From the IMG/VR virus record IMGVR_UViG_3300040801_004314, positions 1 through 64,000 of that record: a stretch of DNA of 64,000 nt; one strand, 5' to 3'. Below the pieces are notes generated by a model, which was given only the letters and a program-made list of their open reading frames with translations, did not search any database and was not told where the DNA came from. Made by a program: the position numbers and the translations under genes. Shown here piece after piece: positions 46,701 through 57,207 of this stretch. Numbering within the stretch: position 1 is the stretch's first letter; every line of letters begins with the position of its first letter. This DNA is from a virus.

Positions 46701-47909
46701 ATGGCAAAGAAAAAAAGTAAAGAATTTGAATTTAGTAAAGTAGGTACTATATTAGATAATATATCCAAAAAAGTTCCAATTCGAATAGAAAAAGAAGTAA
46801 CCAAGAGAACGTTTATTTCAACTGGTGTTTACTTACTAGATGCAGCACTATCTGCACATATGTTAGAGGGTGGTATCCCAACTAATAGAATATCAGCTTT
46901 TGCTGGGGAATCAGGAAGTGGTAAATCATTTTTAGCATACTCAGTTGTTAAGAACGCACAGGCTAAGGGATATTCGTGTATTTATATTGATACAGAGCAA
47001 TCAATTGACTTAGAAGATCTACCAAACTATGGTATTGACACTGACTTGAACAAGTTTAGATTAATTCGCTCCAACAAAGTAGAGGATATAAACATTACCT
47101 TAACTCAGTTAGTTGATGATTTGAAAGAGCAAAAATTAGCAGGTGTTAAATTACCAAAAATATTACTTGTCTTAGACTCACTAGGTCAGATGGCATCTAA
47201 TAAAGAAAAAGAAGACTTGCTAAAAGGTGATATTAAGCAAGATATGACTAAAGCAAAAGCACTTAGCTCTATGTTTAGAAGTTTAAATATGGATTTAGGG
47301 TTATTGGATATTCCTTTCTTAGTGATAAACCAAACTTATAAAACTCTTGATATGTTTCCTAAGGAAATGCTAAGGGGTGGTAACGGTCTTTTATATTCTG
47401 CTTCTGTTATTGGGTTCTTATCAAAATCAAAACTTAAGACAGGCAATGAAGATGATATGGACTTAGGCTCATCGGGTATTAATGTTCTATTTAAAACTTC
47501 TAAAAACAGACTTGCTAAACCTAAAAAGATAAGATTCGATATATCATTTGTTGAAGGCATGAATCCTTACTCAGGTCTAGAAGGCTTCTGTAGACCTGAA
47601 TTCTTTGATCAGATTGGGATAGCAAAGGGTAAAATGGAAGTAGATAAAGAAACTGGTGAGATGAAATTTAAGCCAGGTGGTAATAAGTATTATGTTAGGC
47701 ATTTAGATAAGTCCTTTTTCTTAAAGAAGCTACACAAACCCGAAATTTTCACACAGGAAGTTTTAGAAAATATGTGTCCTATTGTTAATGATTACTTTAG
47801 GTTTAAATCAACTGATGAGTTAGAAGAACTTGATAAAGAGTTTGAAGAAAAGCTTGATGAGGTAGATAACTTCACAGACTCTACTGATGCAGAAGATTTA
47901 TTTGATTAA
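46701..47909 (+). CDS. uvsX: RecA-like recombinase (T4 UvsX-like)
   Basis: ISTGVYLLDAALS, Walker A GESGSGKS, YIDTE, VLDSLG and GG.GL.YSAS. Confidence 0.9.
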   Translation: MAKKKSKEFEFSKVGTILDNISKKVPIRIEKEVTKRTFISTGVYLLDAALSAHMLEGGIPTNRISAFAGESGSGKSFLAYSVVKNAQAKGYSCIYIDTEQSIDLEDLPNYGIDTDLNKFRLIRSNKVEDINITLTQLVDDLKEQKLAGVKLPKILLVLDSLGQMASNKEKEDLLKGDIKQDMTKAKALSSMFRSLNMDLGLLDIPFLVINQTYKTLDMFPKEMLRGGNGLLYSASVIGFLSKSKLKTGNEDDMDLGSSGINVLFKTSKNRLAKPKKIRFDISFVEGMNPYSGLEGFCRPEFFDQIGIAKGKMEVDKETGEMKFKPGGNKYYVRHLDKSFFLKKLHKPEIFTQEVLENMCPIVNDYFRFKSTDELEELDKEFEEKLDEVDNFTDSTDAEDLFD

Positions 47910-47976
47910 TATAAAGTTTACTTAACTTAGTAAACTGGTGGATGTCGGACAAAAGTCAGACCCTAAAAAGGCTCTA

Positions 47977-48474
47977 TTATTTAGAGCCTTTTTTTATGGA
48001 TATTAATTTCTTTTTATGATTTATGAGTGTAATGGATACAAAGTTGTAAAAGAAAAATGCTATTAATAATGTATTTTCAAACATTATAATTGTTGTTGTA
48101 ATGGAAATTATAAATGTACCGCTTAACAAATCTATCAGCTTATTAGTTATTTTAGGATCAGTGTTTAAGTCATTACATATATCATCTATTTTTTCTAATA
48201 AACTTCTATTTTTTCCTGCATCTATCTTGTTTAATTTGTCCAATCTTCTACATTTATTACACATAGTTAGTCCATATCCTTCTATATTAGATAAATATTT
48301 CTCAAAAGACTCATATATATAACTATCACATTTAAAGCATATCTGACCCATAATTTTTTTAGAACTGGTGATCCTATTTTTCTTAAACCAGTGTTTAAAT
48401 ATTGATATACCAATTATAAGAAAAACATATAGTATAAAAGGTATTATTACAAATGTTATAAATGAGTAGTCCAT
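47977..48474 (-). CDS. Hypothetical membrane protein with CxxC motifs
   Basis: N- and C-terminal hydrophobic helices; minus-strand TATATTTG promoter at 48483-48490. Confidence 0.5.
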   Translation of the reverse strand: MDYSFITFVIIPFILYVFLIIGISIFKHWFKKNRITSSKKIMGQICFKCDSYIYESFEKYLSNIEGYGLTMCNKCRRLDKLNKIDAGKNRSLLEKIDDICNDLNTDPKITNKLIDLLSGTFIISITTTIIMFENTLLIAFFFYNFVSITLINHKKKLISIKKGSK

Positions 48475-48531
48475 TTTTTAGCCAAATATACTATTATATA
48501 CACAGGGAATGTTATTTTTAATATATATTTA

Positions 48532-49254
48532 ATGAATTATGTAGGAATAGACCCCAGTTTAATATCAACTGCATTAGTTGTATCAAATGAAGATAGCTTT
48601 AAAATATACAATTATGCTAGAGAAAAAGATATATATGGAAAGAAAAGTATGAAGAAGTGGTTTAAAATGGCTGAAGAACACGTTGTGTATAGATATATTT
48701 CTTATAGAGATTTTAAAGATTATTCAGAAGGTGAGCTAACTAAGCTAAAAGATTATGATGCTATAACAGATATGATAATTTCAGATATATTAGAAAACAT
48801 AGATATCAACGAACCTACAAAAGTGGGAATCGAAGGGTATAACTTTGGATCACAAGTTGGTGATCTGGTAGATTTGGTAGCATTTTCTACTCTACTTCGA
48901 AAAAAATTATATGACGAAGTAACAACCAATATAGAAGTTATGTCACCAAGCACATTAAAGCTTGAATCTTGTAAGCTAACATATGTTCCCGAAGTAAAAG
49001 AAATAGGTGGTAAGAACCCAAGGAAAGAATATAAATGGAGAAATAACATAGGTATTTCAGGTGGTAAATTTATGAAACCAGATATGTTACTAGCAATTGT
49101 AGAGAATGATAATTTTGATGACTACTGGTTTAATCATTGTATTTCAGTTAAAAGTGATTTATTGTCTGTAAAAACAGTTAATAAACCATATGAAGATTGC
49201 AATGATGCTTATTTAATATACCAAGTACTAAAAAAACAAAAAGCCCACAATTAA
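48532..49254 (+). CDS. RuvC-like Holliday junction resolvase
   Basis: YVGIDPSLISTA, VGIEGY.FGS, P..LK, K..M and D..DAY motifs. Confidence 0.75.
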   Translation: MNYVGIDPSLISTALVVSNEDSFKIYNYAREKDIYGKKSMKKWFKMAEEHVVYRYISYRDFKDYSEGELTKLKDYDAITDMIISDILENIDINEPTKVGIEGYNFGSQVGDLVDLVAFSTLLRKKLYDEVTTNIEVMSPSTLKLESCKLTYVPEVKEIGGKNPRKEYKWRNNIGISGGKFMKPDMLLAIVENDNFDDYWFNHCISVKSDLLSVKTVNKPYEDCNDAYLIYQVLKKQKAHN

Positions 49255-49285
49255 TGTGAGCTTTTTTTTATTTATACAATTTTAC

Positions 49286-50707
49286 TTACCTATTTATATT
49301 TAGTTCCTTTAAGTAAATTCTAGCTGTTAAGCTCTCATTATGGAATTCACTTAAAGCATTGCCTATCTCTTGCATCCTTTTCCTGTCCCCAGAATCTAAA
49401 GCATCATCCATAAGTATTCTTAACTCTCTTTCAGACATTTTGGAAAGGTCTTCCTCGTCCACAACATCATCCACGGTTGATACACCTAGGCTATCATCAT
49501 CGTGACCAATCACTTCACCTAATTCATATGATTTAATTTCATCTACTATTTCATCTACTATACTATCAACCTTAGTCCTAGCTTCATCAGTTTTGTTAAG
49601 AATGCCTCTGAATAAAGCAAGAAACTCTTTTTCTGACATATATTCTGGATCTAATATCTTACCATAAACATATAATCTCATAATACTACTGTAATTAGCA
49701 TTAGGGCTATCATTTATAAAATCTCTTAAATCTGATGCGATTTGAGGTCCTGTTCTAAAATCTTCGGCTTCATCTTCCATTGAAGAAACATTTATTTTAA
49801 CAGTTTTAGCATCTTCTATTTCTTTGGGACTAGATCCTTCCTTTGGCTGATAAACAGAAGCAACTAGTTCCATTATACCTTTTACCGCTTCGTGTAAAAG
49901 CATAGGGAAGTCAATACCCCTTGCTTTTATTACTGGTGTGTAGGAAACTTCCTGTTCAGTCTCATCACCTTGGGAATCTGTTTCTACTTCGTATTCTTTT
50001 TCATCTTCTACTTTATACTCTTTCCAGTCTATTTTGACAGCACCTGCTAAACCATCTGGTTTTTTTCTAATCATATCAGCTTTCACATTTATTGGGATAA
50101 CCCAATCAGCTTGATTTGCTATTTCAGTTATTTTATTCCACGTCTCAATGGAATCTTCGAAATCATCCCTCATAACTCCCTTAAGCAAATCTATTGAAAA
50201 AGTTGAATTTAGTATTAACTTTGTGTTTTTGGCTTCACCTTGTATTAGATTATTAGCTAATTTAGCTTTGTGTATTTTGTTCTTAAGAACTTCATCTTTT
50301 ATATTTTCATATTCTATACTTTCATCTTCACCATCTTCATCATCTTCGTTAAGCATTTTAGAAATCTTAGTTCCATCTTTTTCAAACTTGATGTCTAATT
50401 CAACACCATCCAATATTTCACCAAACTCATTGAGTATTATTTCTTCTGCTATTTTTTCTAATTCTTCTTCTCTTCCACTTATATATGATTCAGATTTTTT
50501 GATCAAGTTCATGAAATTTCTACCAATGTGATTAGTTGGAATAAAATTACCATCTGGCATTTTTCTAACACTGTAGTCTCTTTGGGCTTTATTTTCTAAG
50601 TCATTTAGATAGTCTCTATCATTGGAATTTCTCTCACCCTCATTTGGTATTCCAGGGTTGCCCTTAATAGTTACTTCTTCTAGGAATTTATTAAATTTTT
50701 TTATCAT
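49286..50707 (-). CDS. Hypothetical acidic protein, probably virion-internal
   Basis: 473-aa ORF with N-terminal MIKKFNKFLEE motif. Confidence 0.6.
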   Translation of the reverse strand: MIKKFNKFLEEVTIKGNPGIPNEGERNSNDRDYLNDLENKAQRDYSVRKMPDGNFIPTNHIGRNFMNLIKKSESYISGREEELEKIAEEIILNEFGEILDGVELDIKFEKDGTKISKMLNEDDEDGEDESIEYENIKDEVLKNKIHKAKLANNLIQGEAKNTKLILNSTFSIDLLKGVMRDDFEDSIETWNKITEIANQADWVIPINVKADMIRKKPDGLAGAVKIDWKEYKVEDEKEYEVETDSQGDETEQEVSYTPVIKARGIDFPMLLHEAVKGIMELVASVYQPKEGSSPKEIEDAKTVKINVSSMEDEAEDFRTGPQIASDLRDFINDSPNANYSSIMRLYVYGKILDPEYMSEKEFLALFRGILNKTDEARTKVDSIVDEIVDEIKSYELGEVIGHDDDSLGVSTVDDVVDEEDLSKMSERELRILMDDALDSGDRKRMQEIGNALSEFHNESLTARIYLKELNINR

Positions 50708-50714
50708 TTTATAA

Positions 50715-50939
50715 TTATTTTTGTTTAGTTATAGCTTTAAACTTGTTTATAACATCTTCGACAGATGCTTTCTTAGGCTCTTTTTCAGCCTTTGGAGCAG
50801 GTTTTACTGCTGGTTTATCCCTTCTTATAGGTGAGGGTCTATTAGGTTTTCTAGTAGGCTTTGTACCAGGATGCACTAAAGGCTCTCTTTGTGGGGAATT
50901 TTCTTCTAAGAATAACTTAAAATCTTTTACTTTTTTCAT
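50715..50939 (-). CDS. Small Pro/Lys-rich protein
   Basis: MKKVKDFKLFLEE N-terminus; co-oriented with 49286. Confidence 0.55.
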   Translation of the reverse strand: MKKVKDFKLFLEENSPQREPLVHPGTKPTRKPNRPSPIRRDKPAVKPAPKAEKEPKKASVEDVINKFKAITKQK

Positions 50940-51020
50940 ATTTTTATTTAATTTAAGATATATAATATATATTAAAATAAAACTTTACATTTGTGGGTAT
51001 GTGAAAATAATATATAACAT

Positions 51021-51656
51021 ATGAGAAAATTTAGTAAAATACAAGAATCAAATAAAGAAAATGAGTATGTAGTAAAGGCTACTATAGAATTGGTTGTGAA
51101 AGCTGAAAACGAGGGTGAGGCTGGATATATTGCTGATGATACATTAGGTGGTTTAGAAAATGTTGACACATACGACATAATAAACATTGACAAGAAAACA
51201 ATAGGATTAAAAGAGAGTAGAAAAGCTGACTTGACACCTAGACAATGGAGAATAAAATATGATAACAAACCAATATATTCTTATATTTTTATAATTGAAG
51301 ATCCAATGGGTAACCAACAAAGGTATATAGTTCATTTGAAATACCAACATACACTAAAAGGTGATGAGATATATTTTAAAGAATCTTTAGTAAACGGAGC
51401 AGAGGGTAATGGTGCTAGGCTTAGTATGTCAAACCTACAAAATACACCTACAAATCTATTTAATCCACAAGAAAGAGACATTTATAAAAATCCTGTAGAT
51501 TTTGATGAAGAAATCATAAATAATGATAATTTAAAAGAAAGCCTAGATAATATGATTACTGAACACAGAGGTCAGTCTATTCCTACACTTGTTACAAAGT
51601 GGATGGAAAAGGGTGTTTATAAGTTAATAAACTATACTGAAAAAAAACAATTTTAA
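51021..51656 (+). CDS. Hypothetical protein
   Basis: ORF track. Confidence 0.55.
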   Translation: MRKFSKIQESNKENEYVVKATIELVVKAENEGEAGYIADDTLGGLENVDTYDIINIDKKTIGLKESRKADLTPRQWRIKYDNKPIYSYIFIIEDPMGNQQRYIVHLKYQHTLKGDEIYFKESLVNGAEGNGARLSMSNLQNTPTNLFNPQERDIYKNPVDFDEEIINNDNLKESLDNMITEHRGQSIPTLVTKWMEKGVYKLINYTEKKQF

Positions 51657-51658
51657 TA

Positions 51659-52165
51659 ATGAAAAAATTCACACAAATTAAAAAAACAGCTAAAACAGCT
51701 AGAATAGATAGAATAGTAGAAGATACAACCAATGAGTTGAGACCAGAACAAAAAACAGATGAATTAGTAGAAGTTGGTCAAAAAGATAGTAATGTTGTAA
51801 AGTTCTTCTCTAAGCTTTTTGAGTCTAAAGAAATGGCTCATGTTTATCATTTACAAGTAAAAGGCGAAGAAGGATCATATGCAGCACATAAAGCACTAGA
51901 AGATTATTATGAAGATATGCTAGAGCTATTAGATGATACCATTGAGGTTTACCAAGGACAATATGGCGTGATAGAAGGATATGATATAATAGATACTGAT
52001 GATACCAAAGATAAAGACTTCGTATCTTATTTTGAAGAAATAGCAGAATTTGTTAAAGTCTCAAAGAAATGTATACCAGAGGAAGATACACATACACATA
52101 GTCTTATAGATGATATAGTATGCCTAATTTACAAAACACTATATAAGCTTAAGTTTCTTAAGTAA
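51659..52165 (+). CDS. Ferritin/Dps-like four-helix protein
   Basis: AHVYHLQV.G..SYAAHKALEDYYE...LLD..IE.YQG...YKLKFL. Confidence 0.65.
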   Translation: MKKFTQIKKTAKTARIDRIVEDTTNELRPEQKTDELVEVGQKDSNVVKFFSKLFESKEMAHVYHLQVKGEEGSYAAHKALEDYYEDMLELLDDTIEVYQGQYGVIEGYDIIDTDDTKDKDFVSYFEEIAEFVKVSKKCIPEEDTHTHSLIDDIVCLIYKTLYKLKFLK

Positions 52166-52483
52166 TTAGTCAGAAGTATATAAAAAATCTCTACCATTTT
52201 CATTATAATTTAATAAGTTATTAATTATAGTATCTATTTTATCAATAGATTCATTATTATTTTTAACAACAATTTCTAATGCAGATATTGAATCGTCAAT
52301 TTGATCATTGCCTTTCTTAGACGAACTTTTGTAGTTAGATAACTCATTTGTGTATGATTTTACCTTTTTATTTTTGTCCTCTAAATTAGCAACTATTTCT
52401 CTTAAATCTTCTATTATTTCATTCACTCTATCACCTGATATATCTATTGAATCAAAGCTTTCATTAAATTTTTTTATTTTCAT
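52166..52483 (-). CDS. Hypothetical coiled-coil protein (MKIKKFNESF N-terminus)
   Basis: ORF track. Confidence 0.55.
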   Translation of the reverse strand: MKIKKFNESFDSIDISGDRVNEIIEDLREIVANLEDKNKKVKSYTNELSNYKSSSKKGNDQIDDSISALEIVVKNNNESIDKIDTIINNLLNYNENGRDFLYTSD

Positions 52484-52500
52484 AATTGACGTTTCTATTT

Positions 52501-52514
52501 TTAATATATATTAA
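52501..52514. promoter_or_regulatory. Palindromic bidirectional late-type promoter (representative of the TTAATATATA box)
   Basis: TTAATATATATTAA lies between divergent genes. The same box precedes genes at 8077, 16257, 19956, 28649, 29402, 41795, 42980 and 48532. Confidence 0.6.
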
Positions 52515-52516
52515 AT

Positions 52517-53197
52517 ATGGGAAGACGTAATAAATTAATATTAGAATTCACAGAGTTTAACGTACAACGTTTCAATTCTGACTCGGTTAGACCTGCTATG
52601 CATGTAGATAACCCACAATTGTCAACAAATGCATTTGATAAGCACCAAGATGGTTTAAGACAGGCAATGGCTAGAATAGATAGTATACTATTTAAATTAA
52701 AAGGAACATCTGCGTATTCATCTTTAAGGAGCAAATTAGCTATTGAAGACCAAGATATCCAGAGTATGAAAGTACTTAGAATAGTGAGAAGTAATAGTGT
52801 TCATTATGATGTTTTCATAACCTTTGTAATAGGTGAAGAAGAGTATTGGGGTAAGGTAGAAGATATTTTAGGTGTAAACCCTACGCTATCATCCGAAGTT
52901 TTTAAAGACTATGACCTTTATCAACCTAAAGAATGGGTTATAAAAATAAAAGGTTTAGTCATAAAAACTATCAAAGAGTGGCTTAAGCCACAGCCTGGTG
53001 AATACAAACTCTTAAAAGATGAAATAATATGCTACTCTAGTGAAAGCGGTAAACAAATTAGAATAAAAGAGGGAACTGAGATAACGTTAGTTAGATCTCA
53101 TGATGATAAGATAATAATAAAATACCAAAGTGATTATTTCAACCTAGTAGATGATAATTATATTTATTTCAACTGGTGGTTTGAAAGGGTAAACTAG
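52517..53197 (+). CDS. Hypothetical protein
   Basis: ORF track. Confidence 0.6.
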   Translation: MGRRNKLILEFTEFNVQRFNSDSVRPAMHVDNPQLSTNAFDKHQDGLRQAMARIDSILFKLKGTSAYSSLRSKLAIEDQDIQSMKVLRIVRSNSVHYDVFITFVIGEEEYWGKVEDILGVNPTLSSEVFKDYDLYQPKEWVIKIKGLVIKTIKEWLKPQPGEYKLLKDEIICYSSESGKQIRIKEGTEITLVRSHDDKIIIKYQSDYFNLVDDNYIYFNWWFERVN

Positions 53198-55722
53198 ATA
53201 AGGTCAAATGAACCACCGCCGTCAACAGGATTTATTACAGGGGGCAATTCTTCTGGATCACCCGAACCTGGATTTGGTGTAAGACCACCACCGTTGTCAA
53301 ACCCACCAGTATCTCTACCTAATTGTGTGAATGATCTTATTTCTACTTCACCATTTGGTATATCTTGAACAAACCTTAGAGTCACAAATCTTGATGCAGT
53401 GCTAGGATTGCTACTTATTGAAAATATAAGATTTACACCTCCTGTATCACCAATTTCATCGGAATTTTGTATATTTACATATGTACTATAATTTCCTAAG
53501 TTTGATATTGTCCAAGGCGCAGTAGAATCAACGAATAGTGTAAATGCCCCTCCTCTACTCAAAATATCATTTGGTGGTATTTCAGCAACAGTAAACACAT
53601 TATTAGGTGCTGCTGCCTGTGTTATTCTAACTGAGTCAGTATCATTATCAACGTTTGTAAAGCCTATTCTCGCAGCTCTTAGTGTTGTTAGTGGGTTCTG
53701 TGTAAATGTAATAGTAACTTGTGTAGCCCCACTACCAGATGATGCTGGCGATACACTAGTTACGTATGTGGAGTCTATATCACCTGAGTCAACTATCCAA
53801 CTAGAAGTACTATTCACAGTTACTGTGGTGCTAGTAGCAGTGTTTGTTACGTTAGAATTTTCAGGTGTTACTGTGATGTTAGATGGATCTGGTTCTGGTT
53901 CTGGCACAGTGATAGGGTTATCGTCTCGCCCCCCACCGCTAGGTGGGGGGGTACTAAAATCCCCGACACCAACATATATTATGTAAGCTAATGCATAATA
54001 GGGTGGTAGGTTTCTATTTGTACCTGAAACACCAGTAGTGTTCACATTATGTGAGTGTGAACCCCCAAATACATTTTTATTCCAAGTTCTATTAACTGGG
54101 TTATTATCAGATGCTGATGGTATACTTTTAGTTTCTGATTCACCATTACCACCTAATTCTTGAGATATTGAGTGAGAGTGTGATCCACTATTAGAAATAG
54201 TATGACTGTGAGATACTACAACAGAATCGGTATATCCACCAGTTTGGTTAGCATTATATTTATCACCTCTACCAACTATAAATCTATTTACAAGGTTAGG
54301 TATTTCGATCCCATTAACTGTTCCACCTTGGCACAGCCTCCACCCCTCAGGAATTTGTGAATTACTACCAGAAAACATAACAATAGTCCTTAACGGTACA
54401 GAGCTTCCTACTTCTTCCTCTTCTTCATTTCTAGGATTAGAGTTAAAACCAACTTTTATTACTTTTTCTGTCCAAGGTTGATCTGTAACATCTACATCAT
54501 TCACATAACTCATGTATATTTCTGGCTCAGATGTTAAATTACCTATTAGTGAGTAAACTGCTGTTGTGTAGTTAGTTTTTACTTTCTGGTAAAAATATAT
54601 TCTTCCTTGTGAGTCACTACCCTCTCTTACTATCCTAAAGTCGTCTTCAACAAAATGAGAAGTTCCGTAATTACAAATATTTGCATATATTCTATTGGCT
54701 TCTGTTTGGGATTTAAAAGCAATATGTAGATCAGTGTTATGTGCATCATTTTCTATACTACCACTGCTGTTAATAGATAACTTAAATCCAAAAAAACTAA
54801 AAGTACTAAATGGTAAGCTAAATAATTTAATCCATTGCCCCACTCTGTTATTTGAAGAACTAGGTGATTTGAAATTATAATACCCTCTAGTTGCTCTTAT
54901 ATTACCAACTACATCTAACCTTTCTGTGGATGATGATTTACCTAATGATAAATTCCCATCAACAAAAGCAGAGCTACCAACTCTGAATAAGCCATCACCT
55001 CTCAATTGTATAAACCTATCACTTACTTCGTTTTTTATAGTAAAATCACTATTAGCAGAAGTACCAAATCCTATGTATGCTTGTCTAGTCGAGCCATTAT
55101 TTTCATAGAAAGGGATAAATAAAACATTAGAATTACCACTTGAGCTACCATAAAGTCTTAAAGGAACAGAACCTCTAAATATACCGCTACCATTTACATC
55201 TAATCTCTGTGAAGGTGATGTTACCCCTATACCAACATTACCATTAGGATTAACCCTAAATCTTATAGCATTATTAGTAACCATCTCAATGGTATCATTT
55301 GCTGGGAATCTAATTATTGTATCACCATCGCCTATATGTCTTATTTCAGAATCTATGTATAATCTTTGTCTAACATTAACTTCGCCATTCACATCTAGTG
55401 TTCTAGATGGGTTAGGGATATTAATACCTATATTTCCATTATTTTGATAAACCACAGAATTAGATACTGTATTTGCGCTTGAAAATAAAGCTAATCTGTT
55501 TGGTGTACCATTAACAAAACCAGTTGATTGGTTTTCCTCCACCCATTCATCACCATCCCAATAAAAAGAATTTGATGCATCTTTATCCCACACTCTTAAT
55601 CCTTCGTACTTATGTGTTATGCTATTTTTTGTCTCATAAAACTCACCAGCACCAACAACAAACCTATTATCTATTGGTTTTGCTGTATTTACTTCAAAGT
55701 TATCTATTAATGGTGTTGACAT
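53194..55722 (-). CDS. Tail fibre protein with tail-collar domain and C-terminal BACON-like domains
   Basis: GNIGI..PS..LDVNG fibre repeats; collar VP..TIVMFSG...IPEGWRLC.G...PNL..RFIVG and NLPPYYALAYI; SHSH metal-binding motifs; two V.S...W...SG.G...N.....R BACON-like units. Confidence 0.75.
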   Translation of the reverse strand: MSTPLIDNFEVNTAKPIDNRFVVGAGEFYETKNSITHKYEGLRVWDKDASNSFYWDGDEWVEENQSTGFVNGTPNRLALFSSANTVSNSVVYQNNGNIGINIPNPSRTLDVNGEVNVRQRLYIDSEIRHIGDGDTIIRFPANDTIEMVTNNAIRFRVNPNGNVGIGVTSPSQRLDVNGSGIFRGSVPLRLYGSSSGNSNVLFIPFYENNGSTRQAYIGFGTSANSDFTIKNEVSDRFIQLRGDGLFRVGSSAFVDGNLSLGKSSSTERLDVVGNIRATRGYYNFKSPSSSNNRVGQWIKLFSLPFSTFSFFGFKLSINSSGSIENDAHNTDLHIAFKSQTEANRIYANICNYGTSHFVEDDFRIVREGSDSQGRIYFYQKVKTNYTTAVYSLIGNLTSEPEIYMSYVNDVDVTDQPWTEKVIKVGFNSNPRNEEEEEVGSSVPLRTIVMFSGSNSQIPEGWRLCQGGTVNGIEIPNLVNRFIVGRGDKYNANQTGGYTDSVVVSHSHTISNSGSHSHSISQELGGNGESETKSIPSASDNNPVNRTWNKNVFGGSHSHNVNTTGVSGTNRNLPPYYALAYIIYVGVGDFSTPPPSGGGRDDNPITVPEPEPDPSNITVTPENSNVTNTATSTTVTVNSTSSWIVDSGDIDSTYVTSVSPASSGSGATQVTITFTQNPLTTLRAARIGFTNVDNDTDSVRITQAAAPNNVFTVAEIPPNDILSRGGAFTLFVDSTAPWTISNLGNYSTYVNIQNSDEIGDTGGVNLIFSISSNPSTASRFVTLRFVQDIPNGEVEIRSFTQLGRDTGGFDNGGGLTPNPGSGDPEELPPVINPVDGGGSFDLI

Positions 55723-55748
55723 GTATTATATATTATTTTTTTGCTCTC

Positions 55749-57206
55749 CTATGTTATATTAAAAGTAAATTTTGTAGGTATTTCTAGGTTAAATGAATTT
55801 ACCGAAGAATATAAATAATATTCCTTGGATGCCCAATATCCTTCTGGTGAGGAATAGCTTATTGTTTGCATATCTGTATTGATTACATTACCATCCTTAT
55901 CCTCAACATTATCCAACTCCCCATATTCTATTGGGTATAGTAAAAATATCTTACCTTCACCAATGAATTCAATAGTTTTGCTACCTTTATCTTCTACAAT
56001 TTTAGATAAGAATGATAAGTTAGAGTTGCTTATATTAGGTGGATTACCCACACCAAAAAAGTAAGGATATACACCTTTTATACTAACGCTATCAGTTGAT
56101 GTAGAAGTCCCATCGCTAACCTCTATTGTATAGGTTTGTGTAGTTGTAGTTATAGGGGATATAACAATCGCATCTGCTATATCTACTATTGTTTTATAAG
56201 GTATACCACCTATAGGCTCGTAAAAGCTAGGATTCATATTTCTAAGTATTGTACCAACAGTTGGGTTAGTTTTTTTAACTATTGTATATTGTATTTTTGG
56301 ATTAGGAAATGTACCCACCTCAGCAAAGCCTTTATCAAATGGTGGTAACATTTCTAATGATCCATCAGGTGCTTGATTAGGATACACTATTCTTTTAAGT
56401 AGTTCCGATATACTATTTGCACCAAAAGTCTCACCTTGTATAAGCCCACCAATATTTACTGGGAGTTTTCTGTCATCAGTGAAATCCAATGGGAATCCGT
56501 TTACATTTACTCTACCTAACATGTTAAGCTCTTCATCTTCATCTCCTATATTATCTAAGGTAACAACAAAGTTGCCCCAATCTAATTCATTTGATGAATT
56601 GTTGTATATCAAAATTTTATTGTTTATGTCCTCACTTTCGCTATCCTCGGTATTTGGGAACTTTATATTATTGACAGTGGTGTTACTATCAGATTTAAAT
56701 GAAATCGAATCATTAGCCACTATACTCATTGATAATGCTTCTACATCACTTATAAACTGTGACGATATATAAGGTGCATCAGCATATAGATCACTATCTG
56801 TTCCAGCTAAGAAAGATAACTTTGTTGTGTTCTGATCTTCAAGATCTTCTTTAGTATTAAAAAAGTATATATCTGTATCATTTGATATGAGTGTTTCGTC
56901 TAAAATATCTACATTATCAAAGCTTCTTTTACCAAATAACATTTTGAGCTTTAAATCTTTATTGGGTTTTGAAGGATTTAAAGTATCTATACCAATATAT
57001 CTTTTGCTCCCTACATAAGTCTCTTTAAATGCATTATTAGCCCATGCAGTTATCATTGCATCTCTTATTGGCTTAGGCTCTATAAATCCATCAGTGTTAT
57101 CTTTTAAACGTTGTAGGAAAGAGTTTAGTGCTGTATTATTGGCAATTTCAAAACTATCGCCCTCTTGTACTGTATTAGGATTTAATTTAAATTCTAAATT
57201 GCTCAT
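55749..57206 (-). CDS. Virion structural protein (tail/baseplate-associated), paralog of 57208..58851
   Basis: Shares L.DNT...I.P...RDA..T.WAN..FK, YIGIDT.NP and NGFPL.F motifs with the neighbour. Confidence 0.55.
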   Translation of the reverse strand: MSNLEFKLNPNTVQEGDSFEIANNTALNSFLQRLKDNTDGFIEPKPIRDAMITAWANNAFKETYVGSKRYIGIDTLNPSKPNKDLKLKMLFGKRSFDNVDILDETLISNDTDIYFFNTKEDLEDQNTTKLSFLAGTDSDLYADAPYISSQFISDVEALSMSIVANDSISFKSDSNTTVNNIKFPNTEDSESEDINNKILIYNNSSNELDWGNFVVTLDNIGDEDEELNMLGRVNVNGFPLDFTDDRKLPVNIGGLIQGETFGANSISELLKRIVYPNQAPDGSLEMLPPFDKGFAEVGTFPNPKIQYTIVKKTNPTVGTILRNMNPSFYEPIGGIPYKTIVDIADAIVISPITTTTQTYTIEVSDGTSTSTDSVSIKGVYPYFFGVGNPPNISNSNLSFLSKIVEDKGSKTIEFIGEGKIFLLYPIEYGELDNVEDKDGNVINTDMQTISYSSPEGYWASKEYYLYSSVNSFNLEIPTKFTFNIT

Positions 57207-57207
57207 A

